From Gemmatimonadota bacterium (GTDB lineage: Bacteria; Gemmatimonadota; Gemmatimonadetes; Gemmatimonadales; GWC2-71-9), in NCBI GenBank assembly GCA_039591275.1, contig JBDHDY010000001.1:1-43898 (forward strand): a stretch of 43,898 nucleotides of DNA. Reading direction: 5' to 3'. Below the pieces are notes generated by a model. The model worked only from the letters and a program-made list of their open reading frames with translations, had not been told where the DNA came from and searched no databases. Below, in pieces: positions 19,733-29,184 of the stretch (positions within the stretch are counted from its first letter, which is position 1; each line of letters starts with the position of its first letter). A program made the position numbers and the translations under genes.

Positions 19733-20977
19733 TCATTCCCGATAGCGGCGTACGGCAACCGTTACGTTATGCCCACCAAATCCGAATGAGTTGGAGATGG
19801 CCACCTCGACATCGCGCTCTACGCTCGTATTAGGCGCACAATCCAAATCGCATTCTGGATCTGGCGTTTCGTAGTTGATGGTGGGTGGAATGACACCGGT
19901 CTCGAGCACTTTGACGCACACGCTGAACTCTAATCCGCCAGCAGCACCCAGGAGATGGCCCGTCATGGACTTGGTGGAAGCCATGATCAGCTTGCTAGCG
20001 GCATCCCCGAGGACCTCCTTCACCGCGATGACCTCGGCGATGTCTCCCTGAGGCGTGGACGTACCGTGAGCGTTGATGTATCCGATTTCCGACGGATCGA
20101 GATTGGCATCCTCCAGACATGCACGCATCGCCCGCATAGCCCCTTCGCCCCCCGGAGCGGGCTGCGTCATGTGGTGCGCGTCTCCGCTCATGCCGTACCC
20201 AATCACCTCACCCCGAATCGTGGCGCCGCGGTCGAGAGCGTGCTCGAGCGCTTCCAGGATCACGATCCCAGACCCGTCGCCGAGCACAAAGCCGTTACGA
20301 TCCTTGTCGAAGGGGCGTGACGCCTGCTGTGGCTTATCGTTCCACGGGGAGAGAGCCTTCATGTTGGCGAAACCCGACACTGACAGGGGCGTGATGGCCG
20401 CCTCCGCTCCCCCCGCCACCATGACATCGACCACGCCGCGTTTTATCAGCTGGAACGCTTCACCGATAGCGTGGGCCGACGACGCACACGCTGATACCGT
20501 ACAGTAGTTCGGTCCGCGGGCCCCGATCCGGATCGACACGAGACCGGAAGCCATATCTGGGATGAACATCGGCACAAAGAACGGAGAAACCCGCTGCGGG
20601 CCTTTTGTGAGGTATACCTTACATTGTTCCTCGAAGGTACCTATCCCGCCAATACCGCTCCCGATCAGTACCCCGGTGCGATCAGCGGGAACCTGGGTTC
20701 CGTTGTACCCCGCATTCGATAGAGCCTGGTCCGCTGCAGCAATGCCGTACTGCGCAAAGAGGTCGGCGCGCTTGGCTTCTTTCCGATCCATATACACGAG
20801 CGGGTCAAAATCCTTGACCTCACACGCAAAACGCACATCAAGCTTGGAGGGATCGAAGCGCTTGATCGGTCCCGCTCCGGACCGCCCTTCGAGCATCGCC
20901 TTCCAAGTTTCGTCCTCACTCTTGCCCAGCGGTGAAACCAGCCCCAAGCCTGTGACAACAACTCGTCGCTGTTTCAA
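19733..20977 (-). CDS. fabF: 3-oxoacyl-ACP synthase II.
   Basis: 414 aa. The active-site Cys context is SACASSAHAIG, with HGTSTPQGD and GHLLGAAG. Confidence 0.95.
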   Translation of the reverse strand: MKQRRVVVTGLGLVSPLGKSEDETWKAMLEGRSGAGPIKRFDPSKLDVRFACEVKDFDPLVYMDRKEAKRADLFAQYGIAAADQALSNAGYNGTQVPADRTGVLIGSGIGGIGTFEEQCKVYLTKGPQRVSPFFVPMFIPDMASGLVSIRIGARGPNYCTVSACASSAHAIGEAFQLIKRGVVDVMVAGGAEAAITPLSVSGFANMKALSPWNDKPQQASRPFDKDRNGFVLGDGSGIVILEALEHALDRGATIRGEVIGYGMSGDAHHMTQPAPGGEGAMRAMRACLEDANLDPSEIGYINAHGTSTPQGDIAEVIAVKEVLGDAASKLIMASTKSMTGHLLGAAGGLEFSVCVKVLETGVIPPTINYETPDPECDLDCAPNTSVERDVEVAISNSFGFGGHNVTVAVRRYRE

Positions 20978-20983
20978 GCAGAG

Positions 20984-21229
20984 CTACCCTACTTTCTCGT
21001 GAAGGTACTTCATCGCCTCACCGACCGTTCGGAGCTTCTCAGCTTCCTCGTCGGGAATGTCAATGTCGAACTCCTTTTCGAACGCCATGACGAGTTCGAC
21101 GGTGTCGAGGCTATCAGCGCCAAGATCCTCCATGAAACTGGCCTCATCAGTCAGCTTCTCACGTTCGACCCCAAGCTCTTCGACGATGATGTCTCGGACC
21201 TTTTCCTCAAGCTCGCTAATGTCGCTCAT
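20984..21229 (-). CDS. acpP: Acyl carrier protein.
   Basis: 81 aa with [17 protein letters not shown] (phosphopantetheine-attachment Ser). Confidence 0.97.
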   Translation of the reverse strand: MSDISELEEKVRDIIVEELGVEREKLTDEASFMEDLGADSLDTVELVMAFEKEFDIDIPDEEAEKLRTVGEAMKYLHEKVG

Positions 21230-21256
21230 GACCTTCCTCGGTTTGAGTGTGAGGGA

Positions 21257-22003
21257 TTACATAACCATGCCGCCGTCCACCACTACGACTTGTCCGGTGA
21301 CGTAGCCCGCAAGGTCGGACGACAAAAAGAGCACAACGTTGGCAACGTCCGCGGGGCTCCCCAGGCGGCCCAGGGGAACCTGTTGCAGTAGCGCTTCTCT
21401 CACATCTTCGCTCAAAGCTTGGGTCATCACAGTATCGATGAACCCTGGCGCCACGGCGTTGACCAACACGTTGCGGGAAGCAAGTTCTTTCGCAATTGAT
21501 TTAGTGAAGCCTATGAGCCCTGCCTTTGAAGCTGAATAGTTGGCTTGGCCTCGATTACCCGTTATGCCAACAACGCTCGCGATGTTAACAATGCGACCGG
21601 TGCGGCGCTTCATCATCCGCCTGGCCACCGCCTTGGTGACATTGAACGCCCCCTTGAGATTGACGTTCAGCACTGCGGTCCAGTCGTTATCAGACATCCG
21701 GAGCAGCAGTCCGTCCCGCGTGATACCGGCATTGTTGACCAGCACGTCGATAGGCCCGAGCCGCTCTTCGATCTCCGACACCGCTGCATCCACTTGCTCC
21801 GGAGTAGTCACGTCCGCGGACACCGCGATCGCACCGCCGCCGATCTCGTCAGCCGCCGCCTGGATCTCGGTGAGATCCATTACATCTGCAACGGCCACCT
21901 TGGCTCCTGCGCCGGCAAGTTTGCTCCCGATCGCCTTTCCAATGCCTCGGGAGGCTCCCGTGACCAGCGCAACCTTGCCACTCAGGTCGACGTTCACGCC
22001 CAT
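21257..22003 (-). CDS. fabG: 3-oxoacyl-ACP reductase (SDR family).
   Basis: 248 aa with TGASRGIGKAI, NNAGI and YSASKAG. It sits in the fab cluster. Confidence 0.93.
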   Translation of the reverse strand: MGVNVDLSGKVALVTGASRGIGKAIGSKLAGAGAKVAVADVMDLTEIQAAADEIGGGAIAVSADVTTPEQVDAAVSEIEERLGPIDVLVNNAGITRDGLLLRMSDNDWTAVLNVNLKGAFNVTKAVARRMMKRRTGRIVNIASVVGITGNRGQANYSASKAGLIGFTKSIAKELASRNVLVNAVAPGFIDTVMTQALSEDVREALLQQVPLGRLGSPADVANVVLFLSSDLAGYVTGQVVVVDGGMVM

Positions 22004-22175
22004 CGCTTGCCCTTGTCTCTCATGCGCGCTTTTGGCTCAGTGCCAGAGAGAATGCTGGGCCATTCAAATGCGACGACCCGATCATAATGTAGCCTGGAAG
22101 GTCCGTTTACAGTAAGAGGATGCGCTAGCTGGAGGTCCCCGATGATCGATAGGTTGGCACCACCCACAGAGACGG

Positions 22176-23114
22176 TCACGTCGCACCCTCCATGAAGGCT
22201 GTGACGTCCTCTGACCCACCGAGACTCAACGCCTGAATACCCGGCAGGATCTTCTTGAGCAAGCCCGCCAGGACCTTGCCAGGACCGAGTTCCACAAAGG
22301 TGACGTCACTCCCACCCAAGGCGTGGACCTCTTGCATGCACTTTACCCACTGGACGGGTGCGGTGAGCTGTTCTCGCAAGAGGCCGAGGGCCGTGTCACG
22401 GTCTCGCACAGCGGTGGCTCGGGCGTTGGCGACAATGGGAAACGTAGGATCGAGAAAGCGCGTCTGGTCGAGTTCCAGCGCGAGGCCTTGTCGCGCAGGC
22501 TCCATGAGCGGAGAGTGGAAGGCACCGCTCACCTTGAGCGGGAGCACGCGCTTAGCCCCTAGTTCTTTGCATCGCTCACCCGCTCGCGACACCGCGTCTG
22601 GGTCGCCGGAGATGACGGTCTGATCCGGCGCATTGATATTGGCCGGCACCACCACATGTCCGTCCGCGCTCCCGTCCCGGCAGGCATCCTCGACACTCTT
22701 GGTGGCCAGCCCGAGCACGGCCGCCATGGTCCCGCAGCGGGAACGGCCAGCCTCCAACATCAGTTCGCCACGGCGGCGAACGAGACGCGCTGCGTCGGCG
22801 ACCGCTAAACAGCCTGCAGCCGTGTAGCCGCTGTATTCACCGAGCGAATGGCCCGCGCCCGCCTGCGGATCGAGCACAGACCGAACGACCGCATGGACGG
22901 CCACCGAATGCGCTAAGATCGCGGGTTGGGCGTTGTGAGTGAGCGTCAGTTCGTCTTCCGGCCCCTCCCACATCAGGCGGGAAAGCGACACGTCGAGTGC
23001 GTCGTCCACCGCTGCAAACACTTCGCGGGCCGCCGGAAACCGGTCGGCCAGGTCTTTTCCCATCCCGACCCGCTGCGCACCCTGGCCCGGAAAGACCAGG
23101 GCTGCCTTCACCAT
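22176..23114 (-). CDS. fabD: Malonyl-CoA:ACP transacylase.
   Basis: 312 aa with FPGQGAQ, GHSLGEYS and VSGAFHSPLM. Confidence 0.95.
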   Translation of the reverse strand: MVKAALVFPGQGAQRVGMGKDLADRFPAAREVFAAVDDALDVSLSRLMWEGPEDELTLTHNAQPAILAHSVAVHAVVRSVLDPQAGAGHSLGEYSGYTAAGCLAVADAARLVRRRGELMLEAGRSRCGTMAAVLGLATKSVEDACRDGSADGHVVVPANINAPDQTVISGDPDAVSRAGERCKELGAKRVLPLKVSGAFHSPLMEPARQGLALELDQTRFLDPTFPIVANARATAVRDRDTALGLLREQLTAPVQWVKCMQEVHALGGSDVTFVELGPGKVLAGLLKKILPGIQALSLGGSEDVTAFMEGAT

Positions 23115-24097
23115 TTCACAACCATACTTGCCCAGGTGAAACCACCACCGAACGCCACCATCAGCACGTGCGAACCAGATCGGATGCGTCCTTCGCGAAC
23201 GCCCTCATCAAGAGCGATCGGGATCGACGCCGCCGATGTGTTGCCATACCGGTCGATGTTGACGTACACCTTATCCATGGAAATGCCCGCATGTTTCGCG
23301 GTGGCTTCGATGATGCGAATGTTAGCTTGGTGCGGTATCAGAACATCGACGTCGTCTTTGGTGAGGCCAGCCTTGTTCAGCGCCTGATGGCACGCATCCG
23401 CCATCGCCCGCACCGCAGCCTTGAAGACCTCACGGCCAGCCATCGTGATACAATACGAGCCGTCCGTCAGCATCGCTTCGTCCGGCGGCCTTACTCCGCC
23501 ACCCCCCGGACGGTAGAGTAGTTCCGCCAGGCTACCATCTGATTTCAGATAGCTGGAGAGTATACCTCGCTCCCCGTTCTGCGCGGCCCGCACGAGCGTC
23601 GCTCCAGCCCCATCACCGAACAGGACGCACGTTGTACGGTCCTTGTAGTTCGTGATGGTGGAAAGTCGCTCTGCACCGATCACGAGTATATTCTGCCCGG
23701 ATCCCGCCACGATCATCGCCTCGGCGACAGACAGGGCGTATACAAAACCACTGCAGGCCGCCACCACGTCGAATGCTGCGGCGTTCTTTGCACCGAGTAC
23801 TGCCTGCAGATCGCACGCCGACCCCGGCAATAGCCGGTCAGGCGTAGCCGTAGCCATTACGATCGTGTCCACATCCAGCGCGTCGAGGCCGGCTTCTTCC
23901 AATACCTGCATGCAAGCGTGCTTCGACATGCAGGCCACGGTCTCGTCACTCGTGGCGATGCGCCGCTCACGGATTCCGGTTCGCTCACGGATCCATTCGT
24001 CGGACGTATCCACGATCTTGGTCAGGTCCGCATTAGTGAGGACCTTATCGGGTGTGTAACGACCCGTTCCAACCAGTTCCACGACCGGGCGCTTCAC
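23108..24097 (-). CDS. fabH: 3-oxoacyl-ACP synthase III.
   Basis: 329 aa with AACSGFVYAL (active Cys), PHQANIRII and YGNTSAASIP. Confidence 0.95.
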   Translation of the reverse strand: MKRPVVELVGTGRYTPDKVLTNADLTKIVDTSDEWIRERTGIRERRIATSDETVACMSKHACMQVLEEAGLDALDVDTIVMATATPDRLLPGSACDLQAVLGAKNAAAFDVVAACSGFVYALSVAEAMIVAGSGQNILVIGAERLSTITNYKDRTTCVLFGDGAGATLVRAAQNGERGILSSYLKSDGSLAELLYRPGGGGVRPPDEAMLTDGSYCITMAGREVFKAAVRAMADACHQALNKAGLTKDDVDVLIPHQANIRIIEATAKHAGISMDKVYVNIDRYGNTSAASIPIALDEGVREGRIRSGSHVLMVAFGGGFTWASMVVKW

Positions 24098-25089
24098 GCT
24101 GCCGCCCCGTTCTTGGCGAATTCAGCACCGATATGCAGGCTGAGTTGCCGATCGACGGATTCGACAGCGACCCTGACTGCATTTCTGATCGCGTGCGCCG
24201 AGGAATGGCCGTGGCACACAATCGACACTCCCCGCACGCCCAACAGGGGGGCCCCGCCAGCCTCCGCATAGTCCAAGACCTTGAACACGCGCCGCATAGC
24301 TTCTCCCTGAAGCACGGTTTGCTCAAGCTCACGTTCTAGCAGACTCGCGTACAGTCGGGCTACCGACTCGCAGAACTTGAGCAGGATATTGCCGACAAAC
24401 CCATCGCAGACGATCACGTCGCAGGATCCACTCAGGGCATCACTGCCTTCCACGTTCCCCACAAAGCGAAAGCCGGACCTCGCCCTCTCCAAAGCCCCGT
24501 ACGCCTCTTGCGAGGCTCCGCTTCCCTTCCACGACTCTTCCCCAATATTGAGCAGCCCGACCGTGGGCTCATTGCGACCCAATATCTCCCTGGCGTAAAC
24601 CACCCCTACGTGAGCGAACCCCAATAGCTCCCGGGCACAGCAATCGACGTTGGCTCCAGCATCCAGCAGGAGCACTGGGCGGCTCACCGTGGGAAGCAAA
24701 GCTCCGATGGCCGGTCGCTCGATCCCTGGGTGAAGGCCCAAGGACAGCGTACTTACTTCCAACACCACGCCAGTATTGCCTGCAGACACAAAAGCGTCGG
24801 CCTCGCCCTGCCGCTGCAGGTCGAGACCGACCGTTATGGACGAACCGGGCTCTTCGCCAACAGCCTGGATGGGCCTGTCCCCAACCCCAATTCCCTCCGG
24901 CGCGTCCACCACGGTGATCCGGTCAGAGTCTACCCCTTGCCTCGCAAGGGCCGCCTCAACTTGGGCCCGTGGGCCCACTAACATGAGGCGAAAGGACGCT
25001 GGTAACTCTCGGATCGCAGCGATCGCTCCGGCGACCGGCACGTCGGGAGCATGATCTCCTCCGGACGCGTCGAGCGCGATCCGGATCAC
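24094..25089 (-). CDS. plsX: Phosphate acyltransferase PlsX.
   Basis: 331 aa. The N-terminus is IALDASGGDHAP, with NIGEE and VCDGFVGN. It lies between rpmF and fabH, as in many bacteria. Confidence 0.93.
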   Translation of the reverse strand: MIRIALDASGGDHAPDVPVAGAIAAIRELPASFRLMLVGPRAQVEAALARQGVDSDRITVVDAPEGIGVGDRPIQAVGEEPGSSITVGLDLQRQGEADAFVSAGNTGVVLEVSTLSLGLHPGIERPAIGALLPTVSRPVLLLDAGANVDCCARELLGFAHVGVVYAREILGRNEPTVGLLNIGEESWKGSGASQEAYGALERARSGFRFVGNVEGSDALSGSCDVIVCDGFVGNILLKFCESVARLYASLLERELEQTVLQGEAMRRVFKVLDYAEAGGAPLLGVRGVSIVCHGHSSAHAIRNAVRVAVESVDRQLSLHIGAEFAKNGAAA

Positions 25090-25090
25090 G

Positions 25091-25273
25091 TCAGGCTTCC
25101 TCGACCTCGAGACGCTTGGAACCGCCGTAATACCCGCAAGTTGGACACACCCGATGTGGTCGGCGCGGATCTCCGCACCTGGGGCATGCTTGCACCGCTA
25201 CCGGAGCTGCCCGGTCGTGCGTGCGCCGTTTGAGCTTTCTGCTCTTTGATGTACGTCGCTTGGGAACCGCCAT
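25091..25273 (-). CDS. rpmF: 50S ribosomal protein L32.
   Basis: 60 aa. It reads MAVPKRRTSKSRKLKRRTH, followed by the zinc-ribbon CPRCG...CPTCG. Confidence 0.97.
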   Translation of the reverse strand: MAVPKRRTSKSRKLKRRTHDRAAPVAVQACPRCGDPRRPHRVCPTCGYYGGSKRLEVEEA

Positions 25274-25276
25274 CGA

Positions 25277-25792
25277 CTACCTTTCGTCCTTGGGTATCGT
25301 GCTCTTGAGTGCTTCCAGAGCCCCCCACCGGGTATCGGTGGGGGGGGTGCACTCGCATGTCCCGCTGTTCAAGTCGGCGCCGCACTGTGGACAGATACCG
25401 GCGCATTCGCTGCGGCAAAGGGTGTACACCGGCACTGCCAGGATGAGCTCTTCCCGCACCGCTTCATCCAGTTCCAGGTCCTTGGACCGCTCCGGAATCA
25501 CGTACTCCGACGGATCAGCGGCGTCCCGTTCCTCGGTGAACAGCACGTCGACCGCCTGGTCTACCTTCCGCGTGACGGGCGTCAGACAGCGGCGGCACTG
25601 GGACCGAACCGTGGTTTGGATCCCACCCCGCCAATAGTACTGGCCCGGACCGGCCGCTGAGAGACGTCCGCTCACCCGGACCGGGGCGGCGAGCTCAAAA
25701 TCCAGATCTTCGAATATGGCCTCGTCGGCCGGGATGGCACCAGAAAGCTTTACCGGTGCCTCATCCAATGCCCGGAGTTCGAAGCGCAGCAT
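25277..25792 (-). CDS. yceD: YceD/DUF177-family protein (large-subunit rRNA accumulation protein).
   Basis: 171 aa. It has a C-terminal Cys cluster (CRSECAGICPQCGADLN) and sits immediately upstream of rpmF-plsX. Confidence 0.85.
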   Translation of the reverse strand: MLRFELRALDEAPVKLSGAIPADEAIFEDLDFELAAPVRVSGRLSAAGPGQYYWRGGIQTTVRSQCRRCLTPVTRKVDQAVDVLFTEERDAADPSEYVIPERSKDLELDEAVREELILAVPVYTLCRSECAGICPQCGADLNSGTCECTPPTDTRWGALEALKSTIPKDER

Positions 25793-25800
25793 AGCCTGTA

Positions 25801-25829
25801 AATGTATCCGTGGCTGAGACTTGAGTCAA
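25801..25829 (-). promoter_or_regulatory. Sigma-70-like promoter for yceD-rpmF-plsX-fabHD: TTGACT, 17 nt, TACATT. It predicts a leaderless or near-leaderless mRNA.
   Basis: The minus strand reads TTGACT(25829-25824)-CAAGTCTCAGCCACGGA-TACATT(25806-25801)-TACAGGCT-ATG(25792). Only 8 nt separate the -10 element from the start codon, and there is no Shine-Dalgarno sequence. Confidence 0.5.
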
Positions 25830-25835
25830 CGAGCC

Positions 25836-26258
25836 CTATCCACCGTTCCTCGTGAGCTCTGCTTCGGAGAAGAAGAAACTCACCTCCCGCACTGCGTTCT
25901 CAGCGGAGTCGGATGCGTGAATGGCATTTCGTTCCTTGTTTTCCGCGTAGAGCTGACGGACGGTGCCTTCCGCCGCTTCGCTGGGATCCGTAGCGCCAAT
26001 TACCTCCCGAAGATAATCCACGGCATCATCTCGCTCGAGCGCCATCGGCACACACGGCCCGGACGTCATGAATCGCACCAGCGCCTCAAAGAAGGGTCGC
26101 TTGCGGTGAACGGCGTAGAAGACCTTCGCCTCGGCTTCAGACAAACGCACCATGCGGGCTGCCCGCACTAGAAAGCCTTCCATCTCGAGGTGCGCGAGGA
26201 TCTTTCCAGCTTTGCCGTTTTGCACGGCGTCTGGCTTAATTATGGCCAAGGTCAACAT
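25836..26258 (-). CDS. ndk: Nucleoside diphosphate kinase.
   Basis: 140 aa with LAIIKPDAV and NAIHASDS (active-site His). Confidence 0.96.
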   Translation of the reverse strand: MLTLAIIKPDAVQNGKAGKILAHLEMEGFLVRAARMVRLSEAEAKVFYAVHRKRPFFEALVRFMTSGPCVPMALERDDAVDYLREVIGATDPSEAAEGTVRQLYAENKERNAIHASDSAENAVREVSFFFSEAELTRNGG

Positions 26259-26271
26259 GGAACTTCTTCAG

Positions 26272-27174
26272 TTAGGGTCCGAAGAGTCGACGCACGAGAT
26301 CTGCACGGGTCAACAGCCCCGCCAATACGCCTTCCCGTACCACGGGGAATAACGCTGTCTCCTTGCTCATAACCATGTTCGCGACGTCCGCGAGGGTCTG
26401 TCCCTCCGAGACACACAACACGCTCCGGTCCATGACATCGCGCACCTCGACCATTCTGGGGTCGACTACACCCGCATCTTGGGGCGGCTGTGGCCCAGCG
26501 ATTTCGCTGCTGATCCGCTTGAGGTAGGTGGGTAACGCGATACGGAGGATTTCACGATGCGTCACCAACCCGAGCACTTCCCCGCCCTCCGACGTGATGG
26601 GAAGGGCTGGCAGTCGATTTGCCACCATCAACCTCGCAGCCTCCGCCAAGGTCGCATCGGGATGTACGAACACCCGGCGAGCATTCATCACGTCGCCGAC
26701 CGTGAGATATCCTGGAAGTTCCACAGCCATGAAGTCCGGGACCTCAACGACATCGGACGCTCCCGTGGCGGCCAGCATCGCTTCCACAACCTCTTGACGG
26801 CTGAGCACTTGCGCGAATGCACTGACCGCCTGCAGGAAGTTGGACGATTCCTTGTAGGGCGCCACCACGACAACCACTATGCGAGCCGACTTGGTAGAAT
26901 CGTACTCCAAATTGACCGGGTCAGGTGCCACCCCCAAGCCAGCCCCCACATCGTTCACGGTGTCCGAGCGGCAGTGCAGTATGAAAGCGTCGCGTCCGAC
27001 CGTCACCGCCTCCCCTGCGGGCGTGTCGCCGATACGCTCCAGGAGTTTGGCCGCATCAGAAGCCAACCCGGTTCCCACGAATGCACCGATGAGCTGCTCG
27101 GCCGAATCGTGGAGCGTCCGCGCGGGGAGAGGTATGACGATGCGCTCCGGCGGGAGCAAGTCTGCTAGTTTCAC
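26272..27174 (-). CDS. Fusion protein: a PTS EIIA type-2 (PtsN/EIIA-Ntr-like) domain followed by a CBS-domain pair.
   Basis: The first 150 aa or so align by eye to the PtsN pattern (LLPPERIVIPLPART...AEQLI...GRDAFILHC...IVVVVVAP...FLQAVSAFAQVLS...). Two CBS repeats follow (VGDVMNARRVFVHPDATLAEAARLMVANRLPALPI and VRDVMDRSVLCVSEGQTLADVANMVM...FPVV). Confidence 0.65.
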   Translation of the reverse strand: MKLADLLPPERIVIPLPARTLHDSAEQLIGAFVGTGLASDAAKLLERIGDTPAGEAVTVGRDAFILHCRSDTVNDVGAGLGVAPDPVNLEYDSTKSARIVVVVVAPYKESSNFLQAVSAFAQVLSRQEVVEAMLAATGASDVVEVPDFMAVELPGYLTVGDVMNARRVFVHPDATLAEAARLMVANRLPALPITSEGGEVLGLVTHREILRIALPTYLKRISSEIAGPQPPQDAGVVDPRMVEVRDVMDRSVLCVSEGQTLADVANMVMSKETALFPVVREGVLAGLLTRADLVRRLFGP

Positions 27175-27178
27175 CGAG

Positions 27179-28048
27179 TTAAAGACGCTCCTGCAACAAG
27201 GGAACCACGTCCAGAGGGCGTTTCATGACCGCAATGCCAGCCTGCTCGAACGCCTGCATTTTTTCTGCAGCCGTACCGCTCGAACCCGATATGATAGCAC
27301 CAGCGTGACCCATGCGTCGGCCAGGGGGAGCAGTCTGTCCCGCGATGAAACCGGCCACCGGCTTCGTAACGTGATCGCTAACGTAGCTTGCGGCTTTTTG
27401 CTCGTCCGTACCGCCTATTTCTCCGATCATCACGATGGCCTCCGTCTGCTCATCGGCTTCAAAGGCCGCTAGACAGTCGATGAAATTGGTGCCGATGATC
27501 GGATCCCCACCGATCCCCACGCAGCTCGACTGTCCCAGATCGTTTTGCGTAAGTTGATGGATGATCTCGTAGGTCAGAGTGCCGCTGCGAGACACCACGC
27601 CCACCTTGCCCTGCGCGCAGATCTGACCCGGGATGATACCAACCTTTGACCGTCCCGGCGAGATCACCCCCGGACAGTTGGGGCCGATCAGGCGGATACC
27701 CTGCTCCCGCAAGAACGTCATGACCTTGGTCATCGCCAACACCGGGACTCCCTCCGTCACGCATACGATCAATCCGACTCCCGCATCCGCTGCTTCGTAC
27801 ATTGCGTCCACTGCAAATCGGGCCGGCACGTATATGACGGACGTGTTGGCTCCTGTCTCGGCAACGGCATCGGCCACCGAGTCGAAAATCGGGACACGTC
27901 CGTCAAACTGCTGTCCACCCTTCCCTGGAGTGACACCTGCCACGACTTGCGTGCCGTATTCGAGCATCTGTTGCGTATGGAATGATCCGTCACGGCCCGT
28001 GATGCCCTGCACAACTAGTCTCGTATCACCATCGATGAAGATGCTCAT
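27179..28048 (-). CDS. sucD: Succinyl-CoA ligase subunit alpha.
   Basis: 289 aa with [22 protein letters not shown] and MGHAGAI (phospho-His). Confidence 0.96.
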   Translation of the reverse strand: MSIFIDGDTRLVVQGITGRDGSFHTQQMLEYGTQVVAGVTPGKGGQQFDGRVPIFDSVADAVAETGANTSVIYVPARFAVDAMYEAADAGVGLIVCVTEGVPVLAMTKVMTFLREQGIRLIGPNCPGVISPGRSKVGIIPGQICAQGKVGVVSRSGTLTYEIIHQLTQNDLGQSSCVGIGGDPIIGTNFIDCLAAFEADEQTEAIVMIGEIGGTDEQKAASYVSDHVTKPVAGFIAGQTAPPGRRMGHAGAIISGSSGTAAEKMQAFEQAGIAVMKRPLDVVPLLQERL

Positions 28049-29184
28049 GCCGCCTCCCTCGCCAACTTCACAGCCTGCTGAACCGCCTCGTCCATGTCGG
28101 TTAGGGCCGTGAAACCCGCATCCTCGAGAATCTTGACTGCTAGTTCTTCATTGGTACCGGTGAGGCGAATGACCAGCGGGCGACCCACCGAAAATTGCTT
28201 GGTGGCCGACACGATGCCGTTGGCTACGTCATCACACCGAGTAATACCGCCGAAAATATTGAAGAGAATGCTCTTGACACTCGCGTCCGCCGTTATGATT
28301 CGCAGCGCCGTGACGACCTTCTCCGGACTACTGCTGCCACCGATGTCCAGGAAGTTGGCTGGTTCACCGCCGTGAAACTTCACGAGATCCATCGTAGCCA
28401 TCGCCAGCCCAGCGCCATTCACACAGCAACCCACATCTCCGTTGAGCTTAATAAAGGAAAGGCCACCCTCCCGCGCCTCCACCTCCGACGCATCCTCGGA
28501 AGACACATCGCGCAGAGCTGCGATCTCCCTCTTTTGCTCGAGTTCGTTGTCGTCCACGCCGATCTTGGCGTCGAGCGCAAGCACAGTACCATCTCCGGTG
28601 GTGACCAGAGGGTTGATTTCTGCCAAAGACGCGCCCGCGTCAAGGAACGCTCGGTAGAGCTGCTGCATGATAGCCGCTGCTTGGCGCACCTGCTTTACAT
28701 CCGAGTACAGTTTGAACGCCAATGCCGTTGCCTGAAACGGCAACAGCCCAAAGCGTGGATCGATGACTTGGCGGAAGATCTTCTCCGGTGTGGTAGCAGC
28801 CACCTCTTCAATGTCTACTCCGCCCGCCGGACTGACCATGATCACCGGACGTTGGCTCTCCCGATCCACGATGACGCCGACGTAACTTTCTGTCGCAATG
28901 TCAGCCGCAGGGACCACCAACACCTTCTCAACTGTCAGGCCTTTGATCTTCATCCCCAGGATTTTGGTCGCCGCCTCCCGCGCCTCAGCGGGGGTCTTTG
29001 CCAGCTTCACGCCTCCAGCCTTGCCGCGACCGCCCGAGTGCACCTGAGCCTTCACCACACACGCACCACCCAAGCGTTGTGCAATCGCTTCGACCTCGCC
29101 CGGCTCAGACGCTACCTCTCCATCCGGAACAGGCACTCCCGCAGCCTTGAGCAACGTTCGCGCTTGATATTCGTGCAAGTTCAC
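28045..29184 (-). CDS. sucC: Succinyl-CoA ligase (ADP-forming) subunit beta.
   Basis: 379 aa with [18 protein letters not shown] and [10 protein letters not shown]. It has a 4-nt overlap with sucD. Confidence 0.96.
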   Translation of the reverse strand: MNLHEYQARTLLKAAGVPVPDGEVASEPGEVEAIAQRLGGACVVKAQVHSGGRGKAGGVKLAKTPAEAREAATKILGMKIKGLTVEKVLVVPAADIATESYVGVIVDRESQRPVIMVSPAGGVDIEEVAATTPEKIFRQVIDPRFGLLPFQATALAFKLYSDVKQVRQAAAIMQQLYRAFLDAGASLAEINPLVTTGDGTVLALDAKIGVDDNELEQKREIAALRDVSSEDASEVEAREGGLSFIKLNGDVGCCVNGAGLAMATMDLVKFHGGEPANFLDIGGSSSPEKVVTALRIITADASVKSILFNIFGGITRCDDVANGIVSATKQFSVGRPLVIRLTGTNEELAVKILEDAGFTALTDMDEAVQQAVKLAREAA

